Made by a program: the position numbers and the translations under genes. A stretch of 64,000 nucleotides of DNA from Chthoniobacteraceae bacterium (GTDB taxonomy: Bacteria; Verrucomicrobiota; Verrucomicrobiia; Chthoniobacterales; Chthoniobacteraceae), in contig JBEBGD010000001.1 in the NCBI GenBank assembly GCA_040081625.1, positions 96,001 through 160,000 of the forward strand, given 5' to 3'. Positions 49,101 to 61,100 of this stretch are shown here, piece by piece. The stretch's first letter is position 1; each line of letters starts with the position of its first letter. The notes under the pieces were generated by a model. That model made no database searches. It was not told where the DNA came from and worked only from the letters and a program-made list of their open reading frames with translations.

Positions 49101-52100
49101 GACGCTGCAGAGCCTGATCCCGCTGAACGGCTTCGATGCGCTGCCGAACAACGTGCTCTTCAACGGCAACCCCGGTGTGCTGACAGGGACGAACCCAATC
49201 GAGATCGCCGGCATCGCGACCAACAACGGCGGCAACCGGCTGCTCGTGAACAATCTCTCGGGCGGTGCGGCGCTCACGCTCTCGGGCGGCGTGAATCTTT
49301 CCAACGACACGACGAATCGCACGCTGACGATCCTCGGCAGCGGCATGACGGTCATCAGCGCCACGATCGCCAACGGCAGCACGTCGAACTCGAGCCTGAC
49401 CTTCTCCGGCAATGGCACGCTGACCCTGGCCGGATCGAATACCTTCACCAACACGCTCACGCTCAACAGCGGCGCCACGACCTTGAGCGGCCCCGGCCTT
49501 CTGGCCTCGGCGATTGCGGTCAATTCAGGCGCGTCCTTCACCATCGACCAGACCGGCGGCACGACCGCGCGCACCGCGCCGGGCAAGACGCTGACGCTCT
49601 CCGGCGGCACGTTCAATTTCATCGGCGACGCCGGCGGCTCGACCGTGGTGGAGCCCGCCGGGCTCGTGCTGAGCAGCGGCGCTTCGACGATCGCGATGAG
49701 CGGCACCGGGTCGAATTCGCTGACCTTCGCGACGCTCGCGCAAAACGTCGGCGCGACGGCGAACCTCGGCATCACCGGCCTCGGCACGACGAACCAGCTT
49801 CTCTTCACCACCGCGCCGACGCTCGTGCCGGCGACCACGGGCATCCTCCCGCGCATCACAATCGGCGGCATCGACTTCGCCACCTACGACGCCGGCGGCA
49901 TCGTCGCCTTCACGGCCTACACGCCGGCGCTGAACACGGTCGGCGCGACCAATACCGTGAAGCTCACGGCGAGCGAAAATCTCACCGCGGCGGCTGCCAC
50001 GCGAAATGCGCTGGCGCTGAGCGGCACCGGCATCACCGCTGGCCTGGCGAATGGAGCAGTGCTCACGCTCACGAGCGGCGGCGTGCTCGTCGAAGGCGGC
50101 AGCAACACCTTGAGCGGCGGCTCGGTGGCGTTCGGCGCGGCTGAGGGCGTCTTTCATGTGAATGTCGGCGCGTCGCTGAATGTGACGAGTTCAATCTCCG
50201 GCACGGGCGGCTTCACGAAGGCGCTCGGCGGTTCGCTGACGCTCGGCGCGCCGCAGTATTTCTCCGGCACGACGACCGTGAACGGCGGCACGCTGACGCT
50301 CGATCCGGGCGCGAACACGATCTTCCAGAACAGCGCGCTGGCGGTGAATGCGGGCGGCACGATCGATCTCAATGGCAGCCTCCAATGGGTCAACACGCTC
50401 AGCAGCGGCAGCGGCGGCGTGCCCGGCGCGGGCGGCATCATCACCACGAGCACCGGCACCGGGACGCTGATCGTGAACATGGGCGCGAGCGCGACCTATG
50501 CGGGGCAGATCACGGGCGCCGTGAATCTCGTCCGTTCCGGCGGCAACACGCTCACCGTCGAGAGCCCGCTCGCCCACACCGGCGCGACCCTGCTGACCGG
50601 CGGCACGACCACGCTGCGCGACAACGCCACGCTGCTCGCCACGTCGTCGATCGACCTCACGTTCGCGACGCTTCTCCTCGACAACAACGCCGGCCTCCAG
50701 ACCGATCTAAATGACCGCGTCGGCGATGCGATCCCGATCAACCTGCGCGGCGGCACGCTCACATTTACGGGCCGCGTCGTCACCGCATCGAGCGAAGTGC
50801 TCGGCGCCATCAGCGCGCTCCAGGGTGCGAACACGATCACGATCAACTCGGGCAACTCCGGCATCTACTTTTCGTCGGACGTGACGGTCGCGAGTGTCGC
50901 GCGCAGCGCCGGCACGACGGTCAACTTCACGACCAACAACACGCTGGGCAGCGTCGGCAACAACACGCGCCTTTTCCTCACCGCGAATCCGGCGCTCACG
51001 GCGAACTCCATCATCGGCGCGTGGGCCATCGCGAACACGGGTGACTACGCGACCTACTCCGTGCAGCAGGGCCTCGGCGCGGTCGGCACGCAGGGCTTCC
51101 GGGGCTACGACGTGACCTTCGGCAGCGGGAATCTCACGCAGGTCTTCGCCGGCAGCGTCGCGACCACGACGACGCTTTCGGCGCCGCAGACGCTGGCTTC
51201 GGTGGTGAAGCTGGGCGGCGGCGCGTTCGCGAACGACATCGCCTTCAGCGCCGCCGCGAATGTGCTCAACCTCGAGCTCGGCGGCCTGCTGCGAAACATC
51301 AACGCGACCTCGGCCATCGGCACGGCGGCGGTCCCCGGCGTGCTCACCGCCGGCGGCGCGGCGAGCAGCGGTGCGAACGAACTCATCGTCTTCAACAACC
51401 AGAGCACGCTGACGATCAACTCGGTGATCAAGGACGCGGCGCAGACCGGCAGCGGCACGGGCACGCTCACGCTCGTGAAAGCAGGCGGCGGCACCGTCGC
51501 GCTCACCGCGGGCACGACGGCGTTGAATATCGGGACGAATACGACCAGCGCGAGCGCGGAAGTCACCGTCGCGAGCGCGGCGGGGCTGTTCGTGGGTCAG
51601 TCCGTCAGCGGGCCGGGCATCGATCCGGGCACGACGATCAATGCGATTAGCGGCACCACGGTCACGCTTTCCAGCCCTGCGACGGCAAGTGCGCACACCG
51701 CGCTTACGTTCGGCTCGACCGGGCCTTCGACGCTGACCGGCGCGACCATCGCAAGCGGCGATACGACCTTCACCGTGAATCCGGCGCAGGCGGCGACCCT
51801 CTACGCGGGGCAGCCGATCTTTGGCGCGGGCCTCGCGGCAGGCACGACCATCACCAGCGTGGAGGCCACGACGGTCACCCTCTCTGCGGCGACGACCGCG
51901 GATGTGACCGACCCGTCCATCGGCGCGGCGGGTAATATATATACCGGCGGCACGATCGTGAACCAGGGCACGCTCAGCCTCGCCGGCGCGGCAGTCGGTT
52001 CGGTGGTGATCCCCGCAGGTGGACTCACGCTCAACTCCGCGACTGTCACGATGGTGGTCAACGGCGGGCAGATCGATCCGGCCAACGGCGTCACCTTGAG

Positions 52101-55100
52101 CGGCACTTCGACGTTGACGCTCGTGGGCAACAACACGCTGAGCGCGCTGACTTATAATAACATCGGCAACAGCGGCGCGCTGACCGTCGCGAGTGGCGGC
52201 ATCCTCGCGCTCACCGATGCGACGCCGATCACCGTTACCTCGGGGAACGTCGCGGTGACGCCGACGCTCTCCGGCACGGTCGATCTCGGCACCGGGGCGA
52301 AGACGCTGAGCATCGGCGACATCAACGTGCTCGGGCAGACGGCGTCGATTCTCTCTCCGTCGCTGAACATCACCGCGGCGATCACCGGCACGGGCGCGAG
52401 CCTTGTGAAGGTGGGCAATGGCGTGCTGCAACTGAGCGGCGCGAGCACCTTCACCGGTGGCGTGGACCTCACCGCTGGCGGCCTGCTGCTCGGTGCGAGC
52501 ACGGCGCCAAACCCGATCGCGAGCGGCATCGCCACCGGCCCGCTCGGCACCGGCGCGCTGAACGTCGCCAGCGGCGCCTACCTCGTCGCCACCGGGACGC
52601 AGACCGTCTCGAACGCGACGACTTTCGGCGGCACGCCGACCTTCTTCAATCTGACCAACGCCGTTGCGAACCTCTCGCTGAGCGGCGCGATCACCGTGCC
52701 GAACGGCGCGCTGGGCGTGAACGTGCAACACCCGCTTCTGACCGTGGCGCTCGGCGGTTCGATCACGAACTTTGCAGCGATCACCTCGATCACCAAGGAC
52801 GGTCCCGGCAACCTTTCGCTCGGCCTGAACGCCTATGCCGGTCCGATTGTCGTCAACGGTGGCGGTGCGCTTGGCTTGCTGATGGATGGCGACGGTTCCG
52901 GCGTGACGCAGGCGATCAGCTTCACCGGTCCGATCACGGTCAACGGCTTCCCGGCGTTGATCGTGGGTCGCGCGGGTGCGACTTCGCCATTCACGCAGGC
53001 GGCCAACAAGACGATCCAGCCGACGGCGCTGACCGCGGCGCTCGGCGATGGCATTTCGGTTACGAATAACAATGGCTACGGCCTGCTCTTGTCGAATTCC
53101 ATCGCGCTCAGCAGCAGCGCGATCTTCACGGTTTCGACGGCGTCGGCATCGGACGGGACGCAGGGCTTGACGCTCGGTGGAGTGATCAGCGGCACGGGCT
53201 TCTCGAAGAGCGGCCTCGGCACCCTCGTGCTGGCGAATGCGGCGAACACCTTCGCCGGCAACATCGTCATCAACCAGGGCGTCGTGGCGGCTGGCAGCGA
53301 AGGAGCGCTCGGCGATCCGGGCAATGCGATCAATCTCAGCGCGGCGCTCGGGGCGACCGCGGGATTCTCGGGAAATGCGACGTTCTCGTCGGCGCGCACG
53401 CTGAACTTCAACAACGCGGTCCAGAACGGAACGGTCGTCAACGGAAGCGCGACGGTGACCGTGGCGAACACGGCGGGGATGCAGCTCGGGCAGACGATCA
53501 GCGGCGCGGGGATCGCGCCGGGGACGACGGTCGCGACCATCGTGAATGCGACCTCCTTCACGCTCTCCGCGCCGGCGACCGCCGACGGCACGATCAGCGT
53601 GTCGGTGCCGAACGACCTCGTCCTCGTCTCCTCCGGCCAGACGCTCACGCTCACGGGCGTGAACGCGCTCACAGGCGGTGCGTTTGTGAAGTCCGACCCG
53701 GGTGTGCTGGCGTTGGGCGCCGGCAATGCGGGGTGGTCGGGCCAGGTCTTTGTCGGCGGCGGCGTGCTCCTGCTCCAGGATAGCAACGCGCTCGGCAGCG
53801 GCTCCGCTGTGATCTCGCCGAATGCCGCGGTGGTCGGTTCGGCGCTGCGGCTGACGAACAACGTGACGATCGCCAACTCGATCTCGCTGCAAGGCACGGG
53901 CAACGTGGCTTTCGGTGGCATCAATTTCGGTGGCCAGCTCCAGAGCGTCTCGGGCACGAATGCCACCACCGGCGTGCTGACGATGAACTTCGACGCCGCG
54001 ATCGGCGCGGATGCGGGCTCGACGCTGAACATCAATGGCGGGATCAACAACCCGACCGTGACGGGCCGCGCGCTCATCTTCACCGGCGCGGGCACGATCA
54101 ACGTCAACAGCGACATCACCTCGGCGACGACGCCGACCGCGAACCAGTATTTCAGCATCAACAAATACGGCGCCGGCACGGTGAACTTCACGACGCCGAG
54201 CTCGATCGCGGTGACGGGCAACCTGACCATCCACGGCGGCACGCTCAGCCTCAGCGGAGGCGGCACGTTCGCCGCCGGCAACACGATCGCCGCGACGGTG
54301 AACCCCGGCACGACGCTCAACCTCGACAACAGCGGCACGAACACGAACAACCGCCTCGGCGGAAGGCCGGTCACGCTATCCGGCGGCTCGCTTACGATGA
54401 CGCCGAGCGCGACCGCGGCGGTCAGCGAATCGCTCGGCGTGTTCACGGTCGGGCGCGGGTTCGACCAGTTCACCGTCACCGCCGACCCGGCGCAGCAGTC
54501 CAACGTGGTGCTCGCGAGCCTCGCGCGGAATACGGGCAGCGCGATCGTCTTCAGCGGGACCGGACTCGGCAGCGCGGCGGGCGCGGGCGTGAGCACGATC
54601 AGCATCACGACGGCGCCGACTTTCGTCGGCCAGACCGGCGCGGCCAACACGACGAACAAGGGCATCCTGCCTTACGCGCTCGTCGTGGACACGCTCGGCG
54701 GCACGCCGGGCTTTGCGACGACCGACGGCACGGCCTCGGCGCGCATCCGGCAGTTGGTGACGACCGGGCTGACGCCGGAAATCAGCACCACGCTGCTCCT
54801 GGGCCTCACGCAGGCCGGCGTGAATCCGGGCAACATCGTGATGACGACCAACCCGGGTGCGGTCACCTCGGCGCTGACGGTCAACTCGCTCGACTTGAAC
54901 AGCGGCGGCGGCGTGACGGTCAGCCCGCAGGTCGTGCTCACGCTCGCGAGCGGCGGCATCATCGCGCGCACGGGGAATACAGGCATCACCGGCGGCAACC
55001 TCGCGGTGGCGGGCAATGAATTGGTCGTCCACGCGCTCGATAACCTGACCATCGGCAGCATCATCACCGGCACGGCGGGCATGACCAAGAGCGGGCCGGG

Positions 55101-58100
55101 CATCCTGACGATTTCCACCAAGAGCACCTACACCGGCAACACGAGCGTCGCGCAGGGCACGCTGCGGCTGGGCGGCGGACTGAACACGCTTTTCCCCGGT
55201 CAGTTCATGATCATCAACGGCGGCACGCTGGACCTCAACGGCACGCAGCAGCAGATCAGCGGCCTGCTCAGCGACGGCACGGCGGCGGGCACGGGAGTGG
55301 TGACCGGCAATGCCGCGAGCACGCTCGTGGTCAACCAGGACAACACGGCGCGGACCTTCGCCGGATCGATCCAGGGCGCGATGCGGTTTGTGCGCGCGGG
55401 CCAGAATACGCTCACGTTCACCAACGCGAACACGATGACCGGGCCGCTGCTCATCCTCGGGACGACGACGCTGCAGGATTCCGGCGCGTTCACGACCGCC
55501 AGTTCGGTGGAGATCGGCTACTCGACGTTGAACATGAGCAACGCGAGTCAGATCGACATCGCGAACCGGCTCAGCAACACGGCGGCGATCACGATGCGCG
55601 GCGGCACGCTCACGCTGACCGGTCGCGCGCAAACTGCGTCGAGCGAAACGGTCGGCGCGGTGAGCGTGCAGCAGAGCGCGGCGACGATCACCTCGACGCT
55701 CGGTGGCGGCGGAATCTCGTCCACGGATCTCACGCTCGGCGGCTTGACGCGCGCCGCGGGCACGACGGTGAACCTGAACGCCGCCGGCCAGGTCGGATCG
55801 AGCAATCGCATCTTCATCACGGGCGGCGCGGGGCTGCTCAATGCGAGCACCGTCTTCGGCCCGTGGGCCATCGCGAACAGCAGCGACTACGCGACCTATA
55901 ACACCACGCTCGGCGTGGGCGCGGTCGGCGGCGTGGGCTTCCGTGCGTATGACGGAGCGTTCGGACCGGGGAGCGTGACGCAGCTCGGCGTGACGACGAA
56001 TCTCAACCAGGCCGTGAACCGCACGGGCCTGCTGCGACTTTCCGCGGGCGCGACGCTCGACGTGACCTTCTCACTGCCGGGCAACGTGCTCCAGCTCGAG
56101 CAGGGCGGCCTCCTGCGCAGCAATAACAACAACGCCTCGGCCATCGGCACCGTGCTGGTGCCCGGCGTGCTGACCGCGGGCACGAGCACCTCGACGCTGA
56201 ACACCGAGCTGATCGCCTACAACAACCAGAACACGATCACGATCAACTCGGTGATCGTGGACACGAAGAACGCGGGCATCGGCAACGCGAACGCGGGTGC
56301 GACGGTGTCGCTGCTCAAGAGCGGCGCGGGCGCGGTCACGCTGACCGCGGCGAACCTGCACAGCGGCGGGACGACGGTCGCGCAGGGAACGCTCAACCTT
56401 AGCGCGACGACCAATGGCACCATCGTGTTGCCGGCTGGTCCGATCACGGTGGGCAGCGGCACGTTGACGATGAACAACGTCGCGGGCCAGATCGCGCCGA
56501 CCAACACAATCACGCTGCTGAGCGCCGGGACGGTGAACCTGTTCGGCAACAACACGCTCGCGGGCCTCACCTTCAACAACACGGGCAGCGCGACGACGCC
56601 GACCTTCAACACCGGCGGCATCCTGACGCTCGCTGGCAACGTCACCGCGGGTGGACAGAACGTCGGCTCGGTGAGCACGATCGCGGGCGGACTCGATCTC
56701 GGCGCGGTCACGCGGACTTTCACGGTGAACTCGATCCTCATCAATGCTGTGGACGTGGCGCCGCAGATCGCGAACCTCTCGATCAGCGCGGGCATCCGCG
56801 GTGCGGGCGTGGGCGTGACGAAGGCGGGCACCGGCGCGCTGCAGTTCAGCGGGGTGAATGCCTATACGGGGGCGACGACGATCAACGCGGGCACCCTGCA
56901 GATCGGTGCGGCGGGCGCCGGCGCGCCGCTCTCGCCGCTCGTAGTCAATGCAACGACGCGTGTGAACCTGAACGCGCTTTCGGGCACGTTCGGCAGCCTC
57001 ACCGGCGCGGGTGACGTGACGAATGACACCGCCACGGTGGCCACGCTCACGGCGGGATGGGACAACACGAGCACGACCTTCAGCGGCAAATTCCTGCGCT
57101 TCAACGACGGCGTCCCGGCGAGCACGAACTTCAGCAAGGTCGGCACCGGCACGCTCACGCTCACGGGCGTGAGCACGAGCCAGGGCACGATGACGGTCAA
57201 CCAGGGCGCGCTGGTGTATGGCCCGTTGGCGACCACCGCCTTCCTCACGAACATCGTCAACACGGGCGGTTCGCTCCTGTTCGACAACCGGGTGACCAAC
57301 CAGAGCCAGCGGTTCGGCGGCAGCGCGGGATCGAGCACCACGCTCACGCTTGGCGGCGGCGCGTTCAATATCACCGGCAACAATGCCGCGGTGACGGCGG
57401 AGTCGCTCGGGCGGGTCGTGCCGATGGCGGCCGGAGTGACGACCAATGCGAGCACGACGGTGACCGTCACGAGCACGGCGGGGCTGCTGCCCGGCATGGT
57501 CGTCAGCGGTGCGGGCATCCCGTCGGGCACGACGGTCGCGTCGATCACCAATGCGACGAGCTTTGTCCTGAGCGCAGCGGCCACGGCGAGCGCGACCGGG
57601 CTCACCATCACGGGCGCGCTCGGCGGTGCGACCACGCTGACCACCGGCGGCAGCACGATGACGCTTTCGTCGGATGCGCAAACCATCGTCTTCAACACCG
57701 GCACGCTCTCGGCGGTGACGGGCGGCGCTTCGCTGCTGCTGCGCGGCACGAATCTCGGTGCGCCGATCGGCGCGGGAGTCGCGCAATTCGTCGCGCTGAC
57801 GGCGAACGTGGCGGGCACGGCCGGGACCGGCGCGGCTGGCTCGGTGACGATGTCCACCCGGCCCGACATCATCGTGGACACCACGGCCACGGGCAGCGGC
57901 ATTTCCTTTGGCGCCTACGTCGGTGCGACCGGCGTGAATACGACGGGCGGCAACGGCTTCCGCCCGCTCGCGACGGCGGAATACTCGAACCTGCTGACGG
58001 CAGGCGCGACGAACAACGTGCTCCTCGGGGCGCCCGGCTCGATCATCGCGGCGACGACCGTCGGGAGCCTTACGCTGAACGCGGGTGGCGGATTCGGATC

Positions 58101-61100
58101 GGCGGGCGTGCTGGCCGCGGCGAATACGCTCACGCTCGGCGGCGCGGCGAACACCGCCGGCGGCATCCTCGCCCTCGCGGGGAATTCGGGGTTGAACGGC
58201 GGCGTGATCACCACGGGCACGGCGCCGATGTTCATCCACACGGTCGGCGACCTCGAAGTGTCGAGCACGCTCGCGCAGACCGGCGGCCTGACCAAGTCGA
58301 GCAACGGCACGCTCAGCTTCAACGTGCGCCAGCTCTATACCGGCACGACGCACGTCAACGGCGGCACGCTGCGGCTCAATGGCGGCGACCACACGCTCTT
58401 CGTCACCGGAATCGGCGGAGTGCAGGCGATCAACGTCAACAGCGGCACGCTCGACCTCAACGGCAACAACCAGGCGGTGGGCACGCTGGCCAGCGGCAAT
58501 ACGATCGCCAACGGCGTGGCCGGCATCGTCACGAACTCGGCGGGCGGAGTGCCGGTCAACTTCACGTCCGCCTCGGGCGCGGCGACCTTTGCCGGGACGA
58601 TCACAGGCAACTTGAACTACGTCCGCTCGGGCAACGCGACGACGACGCTCTTCGGAAACAACACTTACACCGGCGCGACCGTCCTGCGCGGCGGCAACCT
58701 CACGCTGCGCCAGGCCGGCGCGATCCCGAACACGTCCAGCGTCACGAATATTTTCGGCACCCTCGTGCTCGACGGCGCGAACGACGCGGTGGTCGATGCC
58801 GGTTCGAGGCTGAACCCGGTTGCACCGATCACGCTGCAAGGCGGCACTCTCACTTTCAACGGCTTCGTCAGCTCCGACTCGGTCCAGAACCTCGGGGTCG
58901 TGACCGTGGCGCCGGGCGCCTCGACGATCACCTCGACGCGCGGCAATGCAGGCGGTTCCGCGGTGCTCACGCTTGCCGACTTGCAGCGCGCGGACGGATC
59001 GACGGTGAACTTCACCGCCGGCTCGGGCACGCTCGGGTTGACCGGGCTCAACAGCCAGATCTTCATCACCAACGCGCCGGCGCTGACCAACGGCCTCATC
59101 GGCGGCTGGGCGGTCGTGGGCGGCTCGAACTTCGCCAGCTATCTCGCGCCGACGGCGGCTCGAGGCGGTGTGGGCGCGCTCGGCACGGCGGGTTACCCGG
59201 CCTACTCGGCCAACGCGATCACCGCCGGCACGGCGGTCGATAACGTAAACACGACCGGCAACACGACGACGGGCCTGACGACGCGCACGGTCAATTCGTG
59301 GCGCATGGTCCCGACCGCTGCGGCGACGGTGAACATGAACGGGCTGAATGATCTTCTGACGATCGGAAGCGGCGGCCTGATCCAGCAGGCGAACTTCACG
59401 ATGGAAATCAGCGGCGGGCGGATCAGCGCGGGCGCGACTCCGAACACGCCAGCCTCGCTTTACGCCTACATCAACCAGAACACGACGACCCTCGACGTCG
59501 CGGTCGTCGATAACGGCACGGGCTCGGCGACGCTGGTGAAGTCTGGTGCGGGCACGCTCGCGCTTGCGCCGAAGCTCATCTTCAACGCGACCACCACGAC
59601 GACCGCGCCGACGACGGTGACGGTCCCGAATACCTTCGGCCTGATCGTCGGCCAGCCGCTCGTCGGCAACGCGAACATCCCCGCCGGCGCGGTGATCACG
59701 AGCATCACGAATGCGACGACCTTCGAGATCTCGATCCCGGCGACCGCTGCGGGAGCTGCGCTCACGACGTTCAACCCGGTCCCGTTGGTCGCGGCGACCA
59801 CCGGCGGGTCGGCGCTCGTCAGCGTCCCGAGCACGAATGGTCTCGTCGTCGGCTCGGCCGTCAGCGGCACCGCGATCCCGAATGGCACGACCATCGCGAG
59901 CATCATCGACGGCACGACGGTGGCGCTGTCGGCACCGGCCACGACGACGGTGACCGAGGGGGTCACCTTCGCGCCGCTGGCCATCAATGCCTCGGCCTTC
60001 CTCGGCCCGGTCGTGCGTGTCTCCAATCCGGCGAACATCATCGTCGGCCAGTTCGTCTTCGGGCCGGGCATCCCGGCGGGTGCGCGCGTGAACGCCATCA
60101 ATGGGAACGACATCACGCTTTCCGCCGCCTCGACGGTCAGCGGCACGAACACGCTGACCTTCTCCTCAACGCTCTCGAACTCCCACACCGGTGGCACGAT
60201 CGTCAATCAAGGCACGCTCACGCTCGCGGGCGTGGCGGGCGCGATGGCCATCCCCGGAGACCTCACGCTGAACAACGCGACGGTGACGATGAGCAATGCC
60301 GCGGGCCAGATCTCGAGCGCGGCGAACCTCACGCTCAACGGCGGCAGCGTGCTGAACTTCACGGGTAACAACACGATCAACGGCTCGCTCACCTTCAACA
60401 GCTTCGGCGGCAACGCGACGCCGACCCTCGCCGTCGGCACGGGCGTGCTGACGTTGAACACCGACATCGCCTCGACCAACGACAACCTGAGCTTCATCCC
60501 GACGATCTCCGCGGCGGCGCCTGGGCGGATCAACATCGACGCTGCGCGCACGATCACGACGCAGGGGCAGCATCGGCTTGGCCTCAGCATCACCGCGCCG
60601 GTGCAGGGAACGGGCGGGATCGTCAAGGAGGGTCCGGGCGGCTTGCGGTTTGGCGCGGCGGGCAATGGCTACTCGGGCGCCACGACAATCAACAGCGGCA
60701 CGCTCTTCCTCAACGCGTCGAACTCGATCCCGGATTTCTCCGAGTTCAGCGTGGCTGCGGGCGCGACGTTCGATCTCAACGGATTCTCCGACGCCATCAG
60801 CCAGCTCACGGGCGCGGGCACGATCACCAACAACAGCGGCACGACCGGCACGCTGACGGTCGGCCTCAACAACCAGAACACGACCTTCAACGGGCACTTC
60901 TCGGCGTTCAGCGCGACGACGTTTGGGACGGTGAACCTGACCAAGGTCGGCAATGGCAGCCTCACGCTCACGACCGCGGGCAACACCACGACCGGCACGC
61001 TCACCGTGAATCGTGGTGCGGTCCTTTACGGCGGCGATGCGCAGACGGCCTTCAGCACGAATGCGATCAACACGATGGGAAGCATCGTCCTCGATAACTC